Source: Dehalococcoidia bacterium
Lineage (GTDB): Bacteria; Chloroflexota; Dehalococcoidia; GIF9; DYGU01
Length of the DNA stretch: 64,000 bases
Reading direction: 5' to 3'
NCBI GenBank assembly: GCA_042408205.1
Contig: JBHOQK010000029.1
Span: 1,407 to 65,406 of the forward strand
A program made the translations under genes and the position numbers. The notes below the pieces were generated by a model that ran no database searches, was not told the origin of the DNA, and saw only the letters and a list, made by a program, of their open reading frames with translations. Below are positions 31,443 through 41,419 of this stretch, one piece after another. Every line of letters starts with the position of its first letter. The stretch's first letter is position 1.

Positions 31443-32147
31443 TTGCTCCTGGAAGTAAATAATATCGTTACTTTTTATGGATTGAGTTTAGCCCTTGATG
31501 GAGTATCCTTAAGTATTGACAAAGGTGAAGTAGTATCTTTGTTAGGAAGAAATGGTGCTGGTAAAACCACCACTTTAAAGAGCATCATGGGATTAGTAAT
31601 TCCAAAATTTGGCAGCATTAAATTCAAAGGTAATGAAATAGTTGGCAAAAAACCCTTTGAAATTGCTCGAATGGGAATCGGATATATGCCTGATGATAGA
31701 CGCATATTTCCAGACTTAACTGTAGAGGAAAATTTAGAGATAAGCCGGCGAACACGTACCAAAAACCAGGAAAAGTGGACGATCCAAGCAGTATATGAAT
31801 TATTTCCTACCCTTAAGGAATTAAGAACAAGAAAAGGTATACATTTGAGTGGTGGTGAGCAGAAAATGTTGGCTATAGGTAGAGCCTTAATGAAAAGCCC
31901 CGATCTCCTATTATTAGATGAGCCAGCTGAAGGTCTTAGTCCTTTAATTGTACAAAGTCTTATCGAAGCAATTCTCAAAATCAAACAACAAGGTGTTACC
32001 ATACTTGTGGCTGACCAAAATTTAAGATTTTGCCGAAAAATTGCTGACCGCGGTTATATAATTGATAGAGGCACCATCTGTTATCAAGGTAGTTTAAATG
32101 AAATCTGGCAAAACGAAGAAATAGTCAAGAAATATTTAGCAGTATAA
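31443..32147 (+). CDS. livF: branched-chain amino acid ABC transporter ATP-binding protein LivF
   Basis: Walker A GRNGAGKTT, signature LSGGEQKML, Walker B LLDEPAEG. TTG start. Confidence 0.85.
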   Translation: MLLEVNNIVTFYGLSLALDGVSLSIDKGEVVSLLGRNGAGKTTTLKSIMGLVIPKFGSIKFKGNEIVGKKPFEIARMGIGYMPDDRRIFPDLTVEENLEISRRTRTKNQEKWTIQAVYELFPTLKELRTRKGIHLSGGEQKMLAIGRALMKSPDLLLLDEPAEGLSPLIVQSLIEAILKIKQQGVTILVADQNLRFCRKIADRGYIIDRGTICYQGSLNEIWQNEEIVKKYLAV

Positions 32148-32227
32148 GTCGTAAAGCTATAGTTACTAGAGTTATAAAGGTTATACTTCTCTCACCAAAA
32201 ATGATTATTTTGTGGAGGTAGAGATTA

Positions 32228-33556
32228 ATGAAGCAGTCAGCAGAATTCTACCATCCTGAAATTGAGACTATGTCTAGAGAAGCTTTAAACAAACTGCAAT
32301 TTGAGCGTCTTAAGTGGCAACTTAACCGGTGCTATCAAAATTCGGAATTTTACCGGGAAAAATTTGACCGAGCTGGCATTAAACCGCAAGATCTAAAATC
32401 ATTATCAGACTTGATTAAATTTCCCATAGTAACAAAGCAGGAACTTCGTGAAGAACAGGCAAAATATCCCCCTTATGGTAGATATACTGTTTCACCACAG
32501 AAAGACTGGAGAGAAGTTCACCCCACTACTGGGACTACTGGAGCACCAGTCTACAACATATGGTCTGAAGAGGATATTAAAAATATTACTTCTTGGACAG
32601 CAAGGACTTTATGGAATTTTGGAGTTCGCCCTGGAGACATAATTCAGAATGCTTTTAGCTATGGACTTTGGGTTGCTGGTTTATCATGTCATTATGGTGC
32701 CCGAGAATTAGGCTGCCTTGTTATTCCGATTGGTGCTACTCCAGTAGATAGACAAATTGATTATCTTATTAACACCCGTGCTACAGTCCTTTTGGCTACG
32801 CCTTCCTTCGCTATATATTTGGCAGAAAGACTGAGAGAAAGAGGTATCTCACCCGAGGACATAGCATTGCGCATAGGTTGCTTTGGCGGTGAGCCTGGAG
32901 CAGCAGTAGAATCAACACGGAAAAAGATTGAGACAGGCTTGGGAATAGATGCCTTTGATTATTATGGACTGGCCGAAATTGGACCAACCTGCGCTTCTGA
33001 ATGTCCCGAAAAGGCAGGAATTCACTGGGCAGAAGACCATATTTTTATCGAAGTAGTCAATCCAGAAACAAGAGAATGGTGTAAACCCGGTGAAATTGGT
33101 GTTTTAGTTATGACTCATCTGACAAAAGAAGCTACCCCAATGATCAGATACTGGACAAATGACCTTGCTCGCCTTGACTTGGAAAAATGTGCTTGTGGCA
33201 GAACTCATGCCAGGTCACCAGGAGGAATACTGGGAAGAGCTGACGATATGATTGTATATAGAGGTGCTAAGTTTTACCCCGCCCAGGTAGAAAAGGTATT
33301 ACGAACATTTAAAGAACTTAGTGATGAATATCGAATACAACTTACTACAGACGAAAAATTGGGTACCGATGTCTGCACTATAGTGGCTGAATATTTGAAA
33401 GAGGATATAAATAAAGAACAACTGATAGAAAATATACGGATGGCACTCCGCGAAGAGCTTCAAGTTACCCCCCGTGTTGAGTTGGTAAAATTCGGCTCGT
33501 TAGAGAGAACTACCTTTAAAGCAAAAAGATTAGAAGACAAAAGGAAAAAAGCTTAA
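32228..33556 (+). CDS. paaK: phenylacetate-CoA ligase-like (PaaK family) adenylate-forming acyl-CoA synthetase
   Basis: PaaK-type N-terminus (SREALNKLQFERLKWQLNRCYQNSEFYREKFDRAGIKPQDLKSLSDL...PIVTKQELRE), adenylation core and size of 442 aa. Confidence 0.75.
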   Translation: MKQSAEFYHPEIETMSREALNKLQFERLKWQLNRCYQNSEFYREKFDRAGIKPQDLKSLSDLIKFPIVTKQELREEQAKYPPYGRYTVSPQKDWREVHPTTGTTGAPVYNIWSEEDIKNITSWTARTLWNFGVRPGDIIQNAFSYGLWVAGLSCHYGARELGCLVIPIGATPVDRQIDYLINTRATVLLATPSFAIYLAERLRERGISPEDIALRIGCFGGEPGAAVESTRKKIETGLGIDAFDYYGLAEIGPTCASECPEKAGIHWAEDHIFIEVVNPETREWCKPGEIGVLVMTHLTKEATPMIRYWTNDLARLDLEKCACGRTHARSPGGILGRADDMIVYRGAKFYPAQVEKVLRTFKELSDEYRIQLTTDEKLGTDVCTIVAEYLKEDINKEQLIENIRMALREELQVTPRVELVKFGSLERTTFKAKRLEDKRKKA

Positions 33557-33621
33557 AATTATTTTCCTTTAATTAATTGTGCTTTGATTCTTGACTTTAA
33601 CTAATTCGAAGAGGCTAAAAG

Positions 33622-35394
33622 ATTAAAGGATTTTTCAACAAAGCGCTGCATATAAATCTAACCTCTTCAGAATATTGGGCAGAAGAAATAAAAGACGATG
33701 TTTTATCCTCTTGGCTCGGAGGGAGAGGTCTTGGATGCTATCTCTTATGGAGAAATTTAAAGAAAGGCACCGACCCTTTATCACCGGAGAATGTTATTAT
33801 CTTCGCCACTGGACCAGCTACTGGAACAAAGATGTTCGGCTCCAGCCGTTATGGTGTCTATACCAAATCACCTTTAACTAACTTCTTTGCTGACTCCTAC
33901 GCCGGCGGTTATGTGGCTCCAGCAATGAAAAGAACAGGTTATGATGCCATAGTCATTCATGGCTCTTCACCTTCACCAATTTTCCTTGAAATTTCACCAA
34001 ATAATGTTAAATTTTGGGATGCTTCAGACCTGTGGGGCAAAGACACTCACCAAACTGAAGACGAATGTCTAAAAAAAGTTAACGTCCCAGGAGCTCAGGC
34101 AATTGTCATTGGACCAGCAGGGGAAAATCTGGTGAGATTTGCTTGTATCGTGAATAACTATTGGCGGAATGCTGGTAGGACTGGCGTTGGTGCAGTGATG
34201 GGTTCTAAAAAGCTAAAAGCTATTGTATTTTGTGGAAATAAACAGCCTGAAATAGCCGATCCCCAGCTTTTAGAAAGCTTAGTCCAAGAACTCCTTGAAA
34301 AAGGGAAAGTCGATCCGGTAGCTCGGCGCTATAAAGAATTAGGAACGCCAATGTTAGTCAGAATAACTAATGAAGCTGGTGCTTTCCCGGCAGAATACTG
34401 GTCCAAGGGAAAAATAGAGGGTTGGGAAAATATTTCTGCCGAAACTTTACTCAAGAGATTTAAAGTAAGACCTAAAGCCTGTCCCAGGTGTTTCCTTAGT
34501 TGTGGAAAGTTAACCACCATAACTGAAGGCAGACATAAAGGATTAATCATTGAGGGACCTGAGTATGAAACTATTTACAGTTTTGGGGGATTGTGTAAGA
34601 TTTTAGATTTGGCTGAAATTGCTTATTTAAACGATATTTGCGATAGATTGGGCATGGATACTATAACCGTTGGTAACCTTATAGCTTTGTGCATGGAGTT
34701 ATCCCGAAGGGGAAGACTTACCCAAAAGGTAGAATACGGAAATGCTGACCAGGCTGCCCAATTATTATTCAAAATCTGTCATAAAGAAGGCATAGGAGAT
34801 ATTTTAGCCGAAGGAATAAGAAAAGCCAGTCAAACTTTGAACGCATTAGATTTGGCTATTCATGTTAAAGGATTAGAGCCAGCTGGATATGACCCAAGGG
34901 TACTTAAAGGTATGGCACTTAGTTATGCTACCTCACCTCGTGGAGCTTGTCACTTGCCAGCAACTTTCTATATATTTGAATTACGCCGTGTTATTGAACC
35001 TTCCCAGATTGAAGGTAAAGCAGAGCTCTATATTAAATATGAAGACCGACTTACTATTATGGATACAATGATTTTATGCCGTTTCTTTAGAGACTTGATA
35101 GGCTGGAAAGAACTAATCCAATTAATAAGAGCCACTACCGGGTTAGAATTTGATGAAGGGCAGCTTAGAAAGATAGCTAATAACATCACTACCTTGAGAC
35201 GCTTAATAAACCTGCGCGAAGGATTAACAAAACAAGATGATATGTTGCCAGAACGTTTTTTTATTGAGCCAAGGAGTGATGATGGCATTAAAGTGGAAAA
35301 GGAAGAATTCCTTTATATGCTGGAAAAATATTACTATTTGCGTGGTTGGGATAGTCAAGGAAATCCCCTAATGCTTGACTCTCTTAATTGTTAA
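33622..35394 (+). CDS. aor: aldehyde:ferredoxin oxidoreductase (tungsten-containing AOR family); probable non-canonical ATT start
   Basis: The ORF track starts at M33832. The same frame stays open back to a TAA at 33616-18, and the extension encodes the conserved AOR N-terminal domain (FNKALHINLTSSEYWAEEIKDDVLSSWLGGRGLGCYLLWRNLKKGTDPLSPENVIIFATGPATGT). No ATG/GTG/TTG lies in that stretch; ATT 33622 sits 7 nt after GAAGAGG. Downstream AOR motifs are present. Confidence 0.75.
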   Translation: MKGFFNKALHINLTSSEYWAEEIKDDVLSSWLGGRGLGCYLLWRNLKKGTDPLSPENVIIFATGPATGTKMFGSSRYGVYTKSPLTNFFADSYAGGYVAPAMKRTGYDAIVIHGSSPSPIFLEISPNNVKFWDASDLWGKDTHQTEDECLKKVNVPGAQAIVIGPAGENLVRFACIVNNYWRNAGRTGVGAVMGSKKLKAIVFCGNKQPEIADPQLLESLVQELLEKGKVDPVARRYKELGTPMLVRITNEAGAFPAEYWSKGKIEGWENISAETLLKRFKVRPKACPRCFLSCGKLTTITEGRHKGLIIEGPEYETIYSFGGLCKILDLAEIAYLNDICDRLGMDTITVGNLIALCMELSRRGRLTQKVEYGNADQAAQLLFKICHKEGIGDILAEGIRKASQTLNALDLAIHVKGLEPAGYDPRVLKGMALSYATSPRGACHLPATFYIFELRRVIEPSQIEGKAELYIKYEDRLTIMDTMILCRFFRDLIGWKELIQLIRATTGLEFDEGQLRKIANNITTLRRLINLREGLTKQDDMLPERFFIEPRSDDGIKVEKEEFLYMLEKYYYLRGWDSQGNPLMLDSLNC

Positions 35395-35416
35395 ACTTAA
35401 TTGACGGGAGGTAACC

Positions 35417-36184
35417 ATGATTTTAGATAAATATCATTTAGATGGTAAAGTAGCCTTGATTACTGGTGGCTCCAGAGGCATTGGTAAAGCGATTGCTCAA
35501 GGCTTTGCTGAGGCTGGAGCTGATATAGTTATTGCCAGCCGCAAACTCCCTGACCTTGAAAAAGCAGCTACGGAAATTTCAGCCACAGGAAGGCGTTGTA
35601 TACCTATAGCTGCTCATGCGGCAAAAAAAGAAGAACTGGACAATCTGGTGAATAAAACTATGGCAGAATTTGGTCGGATTGACATCTTAGTCAATAATGC
35701 TGGTACCAATCCTTATTTCGGGGAAATCATCAACGCTGAAGAATGGGCATGGGATGCTATCATGAATCTTAATTTAAAAGGTTATTTTCTGTTAAGCCAA
35801 GCCGTAGCCAAAATAATGATAAAGCAAGGAGGCGGCTGTATTATCAATATAGCTTCAGCAGCCGGTATTAGACCCTTTCCCGGACTGGGAATATATTCTA
35901 TTAGTAAAGCTGGCGTCATTATGCTTACCCAAGTACTGGCTATGGAATTGGGTAAATACAACATAAGGGTTAACGCCATCGCCCCAGGAACAACCAAAAC
36001 CCGGTTAGCTCAATTTTTAGTAGAAACCCCCGAGATATCCAAAAGGATAACTGAACATACTGCCTTAGGTAGAATTGGTGAACCTGAGGATATAGTCGGG
36101 GCAGCTCTCCTCTTAGCTTCTGATGCCTCACGCCATATTACCGGACAAACCATTACTGTCGATGGTGGTTTAATCACTTTTTAA
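35417..36184 (+). CDS. short-chain dehydrogenase/reductase (FabG-like NAD(P)-dependent oxidoreductase)
   Basis: TGGSRGIGKAIA cofactor motif, NNAG, and the catalytic S...YxxxK (YSISKAG). Confidence 0.85.
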   Translation: MILDKYHLDGKVALITGGSRGIGKAIAQGFAEAGADIVIASRKLPDLEKAATEISATGRRCIPIAAHAAKKEELDNLVNKTMAEFGRIDILVNNAGTNPYFGEIINAEEWAWDAIMNLNLKGYFLLSQAVAKIMIKQGGGCIINIASAAGIRPFPGLGIYSISKAGVIMLTQVLAMELGKYNIRVNAIAPGTTKTRLAQFLVETPEISKRITEHTALGRIGEPEDIVGAALLLASDASRHITGQTITVDGGLITF

Positions 36185-36328
36185 GATAGACCTTTTGATA
36201 AAGAAGGTGTCGGATAACGAAAAAGTTATCCTTTGCGCTCATACCTACCTTCTGGTAACCCGGCGTGTGACAGAAGTAACATAAACACGAAGCACACCAA
36301 CGAATGAGAGTCATTGTGCCAATTAGGA

Positions 36329-38335
36329 TTACTTAGGCTTAACTAGAGGTGCCAGAAGTTCCTCATCTTTTCTTAATTCAATAATACGGTCGCGGAGTAA
36401 AGCTGCCTTCTCAAACTCAAGGTTTTTAGCTGCTTTCTTCATCTGTGATTCCAGTTCCTTAATAAGGCGAGCCACTTCTTCCTTAGAAATAGGTACTGGC
36501 GTATAAGGGGCTCGAGTCTCCGCCACTACCTTAATCCTTTCCGTAATGTCTTTAATAGCTTTCTTTATCCCCTGAGGAGTAATGCCATGCTCTTTATTAT
36601 AAGCCTCTTGGATTCGCCGCCGCCGGTATGTCTCGTCAATAGCTTCCTTCATAGCTGGCGTTATAGTATCAGCATACATAATAACATGCCCATCTACATG
36701 CCGAGCCGCTCGCCCCATAGTCTGAATTAAAGCTTCCTTCGACCTGAGATAGCCTTCTTTATCAGCATCTAAAATAGCCACTAAACTCACCTCAGGTAAA
36801 TCAAGCCCCTCCCGAAGGAGATTTATACCCACCACCACATCATAAACCCCCAAACGTAAGTCTCGTAAAATCTCCACCCGCTCCAAAGTTTCAATCTCAG
36901 AATGAAGATAATGCGTCTTTATTTCCATTTCCCTTAGATAATCAGCCAGTTCCTCTGCCATCCTTTTCGTCAAGGTAGTTACTAGACAGCGCTCCCCTTT
37001 TTCCACTCGTTTTCTTATCTGATAAATCAGGTCATCAATTTGCCCTTTAGTTGGTTTGACTTCAATAGTCGGCTCCAAAAGCCCAGTGGGACGGATTAAT
37101 TGCTCCACTATTTGTTGACTATGCTCATATTCATAATCCCCTGGTGTGGCAGAAACATAAATAACCTGATTAATCCTTTGTTCAAATTCTTCAAAGCTTA
37201 AGGGGCGATTATCTAAGGCAGAGGGCAAACGAAAGCCATAATCTACTAATGTCTGCTTCCGAGAAATATCACCATGATACATACCTCGTATCTGGGGAAG
37301 AGTCATATGAGACTCGTCAATAAAAAGCAGGAAATCATCAGGGAAATAATCAAGCAACGTCCAAGGGGGACTCCCGGGAGGTCGTCTCTGGAGATGTCGA
37401 GAGTAATTTTCAATACCATTACAATAGCCCACCTCCCGAAGCATTTCAATATCATAATTGGTGCGAGCCTCAAGCCGAGCCGCTTCTAAAAGCTTCCCCT
37501 GACTTCTTAATTCCTTTAACCTCTCAGCTAATTCAGCTTTAATATCCTCAATAGCTGCCATTAATTTATCATAAGAAGTAACAAAGTGCTTTGCCGGATA
37601 AATATCAACCCTCTCCCGCTCGGCTAATAACTCACCCGTAAGAGGGTCAACCTCAACAATTCTTTCCACATCGTCTCCCCAAAATTCAATCCTAATCGCT
37701 GTTTCTTCATAAGAGGGTTGTATTTCTAAGGTATCACCCCGAATCCGAAACTTGCCTCGGGTAAAGTCAAAATCATTCCTCTCATACTGCATATCAACTA
37801 AACGGCGGAGTAGCTTATCCCGATTGCACCTTTCTCCCTTCTTTACTGTCACCACAAAACTGCGATATTCTTCAGGAGAGCCCAGGCTATAAATGCAGGA
37901 AACTGAAGCCACAATAATCACATCTCTCCGCTCAAAAAGAGCCCGGGTGGCAGCATGTCTTAGCTTATCAATTTCTTCATTTATATCTGTTTCCTTTTCA
38001 ATATAAGTATCCGTTTGAGGTATATAGGCTTCTGGTTGATAATAATCGTAATAACTAACAAAGTATTCTACCGCATTATTAGGGAAAAACTCCTTAAATT
38101 CAGTACACAGCTGAGCAGCTAAAGTCTTATTATGACAGATAACCAAGGTTGGTTTTTGCACCCTTTCAATGACATTAGCCATAGTGAAGGTCTTACCACT
38201 ACCAGTCACCCCCAGTAAAGTCTGACGGCGATAACCTTTCCTTATCCCCTCAACCAGTTTCTCTACCGCCTGTGGCTGGTCACCCGTGAGACGAAAATCG
38301 GAAACAATCTTAAACTCAGACACTGGTCTCCTCAT
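36329..38335 (-). CDS. uvrB: excinuclease ABC subunit B
   Basis: Walker A GVTGSGKT, helicase motifs, C-terminal UVR domain; 668 aa. Confidence 0.95.
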   Translation of the reverse strand: MRRPVSEFKIVSDFRLTGDQPQAVEKLVEGIRKGYRRQTLLGVTGSGKTFTMANVIERVQKPTLVICHNKTLAAQLCTEFKEFFPNNAVEYFVSYYDYYQPEAYIPQTDTYIEKETDINEEIDKLRHAATRALFERRDVIIVASVSCIYSLGSPEEYRSFVVTVKKGERCNRDKLLRRLVDMQYERNDFDFTRGKFRIRGDTLEIQPSYEETAIRIEFWGDDVERIVEVDPLTGELLAERERVDIYPAKHFVTSYDKLMAAIEDIKAELAERLKELRSQGKLLEAARLEARTNYDIEMLREVGYCNGIENYSRHLQRRPPGSPPWTLLDYFPDDFLLFIDESHMTLPQIRGMYHGDISRKQTLVDYGFRLPSALDNRPLSFEEFEQRINQVIYVSATPGDYEYEHSQQIVEQLIRPTGLLEPTIEVKPTKGQIDDLIYQIRKRVEKGERCLVTTLTKRMAEELADYLREMEIKTHYLHSEIETLERVEILRDLRLGVYDVVVGINLLREGLDLPEVSLVAILDADKEGYLRSKEALIQTMGRAARHVDGHVIMYADTITPAMKEAIDETYRRRRIQEAYNKEHGITPQGIKKAIKDITERIKVVAETRAPYTPVPISKEEVARLIKELESQMKKAAKNLEFEKAALLRDRIIELRKDEELLAPLVKPK

Positions 38336-38807
38336 TTTTTATGTCAACTTCTTCAGCAATACCAATTCTTTTCACGGAAAGAGGTATATAGTTAACTTGT
38401 TTAGCTTCGATTAGTTCCTTCAGTTTCCTTTCGTCCTCTGTAAGCCGAAACTTACCTGTCTTAACCTCGATAAAGTCTACGCTTTCGCCATACTTAATGC
38501 CCACAAAGTTAATAGGCTCTCCAAGATAAAAAAGCCTATCATACTGGGTTAACTCAAAGGTAGCCAGAAGCTCACTCAGCTTTCCTGTTGGTTTAGCTAA
38601 ACTGGCGGTCAAACTTTTTACTATATCCAGCGGCAATTTCTCCAGAATCTCCTGAACTTCCTTCAAAGATTTCTCCGAAGCCAAAGCAAACAATAGCTTC
38701 TTTTCCAAGTCCTCAATTGCTGGCACTGCCACCTTTCTGGGTCTGACCAGCAAAATAATAATTATTACTAACAGTGCCAAAATAATGATGTATAAATATA
38801 TCTCCAT
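38316..38807 (-). CDS. membrane-anchored PD-(D/E)xK nuclease-fold protein (Hjc/NERD-like), hypothetical
   Basis: N-terminal TM helix ([15 protein letters not shown]), then a coiled/linker region, then a C-terminal core [30 protein letters not shown] resembling the Hjc-type D...E-x-K motif. 20-nt overlap with the uvrB start. Confidence 0.45.
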   Translation of the reverse strand: MEIYLYIIILALLVIIIILLVRPRKVAVPAIEDLEKKLLFALASEKSLKEVQEILEKLPLDIVKSLTASLAKPTGKLSELLATFELTQYDRLFYLGEPINFVGIKYGESVDFIEVKTGKFRLTEDERKLKELIEAKQVNYIPLSVKRIGIAEEVDIKNEETSV

Positions 38808-38894
38808 ATATTAAACTCCTAAATTACCGTCTAATATTGTCATGAAATCTTTTTTTAAACCCATTTGGGAAAGAAGTTTAAAGAAAAACCCTAA

Positions 38895-39479
38895 TTACTT
38901 TTTACCCAACTGTTGCAGTGCCAGTTTAACCTTTTCTTCCAAACTTAATTCTGGAGATGAAGGTAAAGCTGAGACAGCCTGGGTGGCTTCTTTAAGAGAA
39001 TAGCCAAGATTAGTCAGAGCCGCCACAATATCAGCTGTTTCCGCAGCCAAAGGCAAAGCTACTGTCCCTTTCCACCCTTTCTCCAGCTTGCCTTTCAGCT
39101 CCAAAACAACACGGCTAGCTATTTTCTTACCAATACCAGGAACCTGACTCAGAATATCAATACTACCATTAACAATGGCCAAAACCAATTGCTCCGGAGT
39201 CAAAGAGGAAAGCAAAGCTAAAGCTGCCTTGGGACCAACCCCAGAAACCGAAAGAAGACTTTGAAATAGCCCCAACTCTTCTATAGAAGCAAAACCATAA
39301 AGGGCAATATTGTCTTCCCTCACATAGAGGTAAGTATGGAGTTGAACTTTATCCCCAACACTCCCTAACTGGTCTAAAGTAGAGCTGGGAGTGTAAACTC
39401 TTAAGCTCACTGGTCCAGCCTTTATTACCACTGCGTCAATTTCGTGACGCTCCAAGATACCTTCTAAAGCTACAATCAT
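38895..39479 (-). CDS. ruvA: Holliday junction DNA helicase subunit RuvA
   Basis: OB-fold N-domain, two HhH motifs (VSGVGPKAAL, VPGIGKKIASR) and the C-terminal RuvB-interaction domain. Confidence 0.92.
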   Translation of the reverse strand: MIVALEGILERHEIDAVVIKAGPVSLRVYTPSSTLDQLGSVGDKVQLHTYLYVREDNIALYGFASIEELGLFQSLLSVSGVGPKAALALLSSLTPEQLVLAIVNGSIDILSQVPGIGKKIASRVVLELKGKLEKGWKGTVALPLAAETADIVAALTNLGYSLKEATQAVSALPSSPELSLEEKVKLALQQLGKK

Positions 39480-39986
39480 CTAACTTTCCTTTTTCTCAGC
39501 CAGAAGGCGTTCCAGATGGGTCTGACGAAGATGGCAAATAGCTATAGCTAAAGCATCAGCAGCATCCTTAGGATAAGGAAATTGAGACAGGCCAAGCTGA
39601 ATCTTAACCATCTCCAGCACTTGTTCCTTACTGCTACTCCCATAATTCGTTATTTGCCGCTTTATTTGAGCCGGAGAATAACAGTAGAGAGGCAATTCTC
39701 GATTACCAGCAACTAACATAGCTATAGCTTGAGCCCTGCCTACAGCCAGAGCTGCCCGACGAATATTCGGAGCTATAAAAGGCTCCTCCACGGCTACTTC
39801 ATCCGGCTGATACTGGTCTATAATCTGGTTTAGATAATGGTATAAAGAACTTAATCTTTTCTCTATAGGAATTTGTGCTGAAACCGCCAATACCCCACAA
39901 TCAACTAAAGTCATCCCCTCTTCCCCCTCATCTACTATGCCATAGCCAAGGGTAAAAGTACCGGGGTCTATACCAAGAACACGCAT
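39480..39986 (-). CDS. ruvC: crossover junction endodeoxyribonuclease RuvC
   Basis: RNase-H-like fold with MRVLGIDPGTFTLGYGI and catalytic acidic residues; 168 aa. Confidence 0.92.
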   Translation of the reverse strand: MRVLGIDPGTFTLGYGIVDEGEEGMTLVDCGVLAVSAQIPIEKRLSSLYHYLNQIIDQYQPDEVAVEEPFIAPNIRRAALAVGRAQAIAMLVAGNRELPLYCYSPAQIKRQITNYGSSSKEQVLEMVKIQLGLSQFPYPKDAADALAIAICHLRQTHLERLLAEKKES

Positions 39987-39998
39987 AACTGCCCTTCT

Positions 39999-40751
39999 TC
40001 AAACTTGGGCGCGCAATTTCTCTAAGACAACATCAGAGTAATCCACATTAGAAAAAACGCGCTGCACATCGTCTAATTCTTCCAGATGATCCAGAAGCTT
40101 TAAAGTCTGAAGGGCTTCTTTTTCGCCAAGCATGACCGTGGACTTAGGCACTAAAGATATCTCAGCCGAAACTACTGGCTTCTTTTGCTCTATAGCTTTT
40201 CTCACTGCTTCCAGATCCCGAGGTGAAGTATAAATTTCGAGATAACCCTTTTCTATCTTGACATCCTCAGCACCGGCATCTATAGCCAACAAAGCTAATT
40301 CCTCAGCACCAGCCGCATCTGTTTCAACAGTAATTACACCCCGGCTTTCAAAAAGCCAAGCCACACAACCACTTTCCCCCAAACTACCCCCATGCTTAGC
40401 AAAAACATTCCTCACTTCTTGAATAGTCCGATTCCGATTATCGGTCATAGCTTCCACAATAATAGCTACCCCATTAGGACCATAACCTTCCAGACTTATT
40501 TCCGTTAAGGTAGAGGCTTCCACTCCCCCACTACCCCTCTTTATAGCTCGCTCAATATTTTCCATAGGCATATTATTATCCCGAGCCTTCTGGATAGCTA
40601 AACGAAGCCTAAAATTAGCCTCAGGGTTAGCCCCACCCTGACGCACCGCTACCATAATCTCTCGAGTCAATTTGGTAAAAAGCTGCCCCCGCCGGGCATC
40701 AGCTATCCCTTTTTGCCGCTTAATCTGCGCCCACTTAGAATGCCCAGACAT
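39999..40751 (-). CDS. yebC: YebC/PmpR-family probable transcriptional regulator
   Basis: Hallmark N-terminus MSGHSKWAQIKRQKG and size of 250 aa. Confidence 0.92.
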   Translation of the reverse strand: MSGHSKWAQIKRQKGIADARRGQLFTKLTREIMVAVRQGGANPEANFRLRLAIQKARDNNMPMENIERAIKRGSGGVEASTLTEISLEGYGPNGVAIIVEAMTDNRNRTIQEVRNVFAKHGGSLGESGCVAWLFESRGVITVETDAAGAEELALLAIDAGAEDVKIEKGYLEIYTSPRDLEAVRKAIEQKKPVVSAEISLVPKSTVMLGEKEALQTLKLLDHLEELDDVQRVFSNVDYSDVVLEKLRAQV

Positions 40752-41370
40752 AATAAACCACTTCTTAATTTTATCATTCTAAACTTTGTTCTTACAACCC
40801 GAATCTAAGGAGAATATTAAACAACAGACCCACCCCAATTACCAACCTTTCTTCCCCCTCGTAAGAATGTCCTCTTCGTTAACACCGGTAAAGCTTATCC
40901 CAATAGTCTCTCGGGTTTCCAAAACAGCCACTTGGTAGCCCAACTGGACTTACCTTCCAGCTCCCCTATTTCAACCTTATATTCGCTAGCTTAGTTTTAG
41001 CTATAGTAAAGGTTACTAACTGTTTTTCGTAAATAGTTACCATTTCCCCTTCTATAGCTATGGGTAGGCTAATGCGTGGTTGGTGGTAGGACCGAGAAGT
41101 TGCCGCCCAAAAAATCTATTTAATAAACTATCTTTTTAGCTTTAAGTTCTTTCAAATACCCTTCATTTTGCAGAAAGCGGCAGAAGTGAGGTGAACTTCG
41201 ATGAAAGCCGGTAGTTACCGAAGTCCCGGGAGAAAGAATAAACCTTGAAGAGGAAACAATCTCCAAAGCGTTTATAATGCCAAGGTTGACGCTGCTTCGA
41301 ATGCTGGTGAACTCCTCGAGGCCTAAGGCTCATTTGGAAAAAAGACTACGCCGGAAAAGCATAGACTCCT

Positions 41371-41407
41371 CTAAAAAAGTAAACAACCTGCGGGATAATC
41401 CCGCAGG
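41371..41407 (-). terminator. intrinsic terminator downstream of ssrA (perfect 8-bp GC-rich hairpin plus U-tract); hairpin is symmetric and could act bidirectionally
   Basis: CCTGCGGG-ATAAT-CCCGCAGG at 41387-41407. On the minus strand it is followed by UUGUUUACUUUUUUAG, located 13 nt after the tmRNA 3' CCA. Confidence 0.7.
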
Positions 41408-41419
41408 TTGAGAACACTC

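Noticed and set aside
33675-33881. 68-aa ORF (MGRRNKRRCF...) in the ORF track
   Set aside because: It lies in a different frame across the conserved N-terminal domain of the aldehyde:ferredoxin oxidoreductase gene and is Arg-rich and low-complexity, so it is an alternative-frame artefact.
36185-36328. Hairpin GGATAAC-GAAAAA-GTTATCC after the SDR gene and a GTGTG...CACAC element before the uvrB stop, considered as terminators or sRNA
   Set aside because: The stems are AT-rich and weak, with only a short T tract. They may be a leaky terminator between convergent genes but are not strong enough to annotate.
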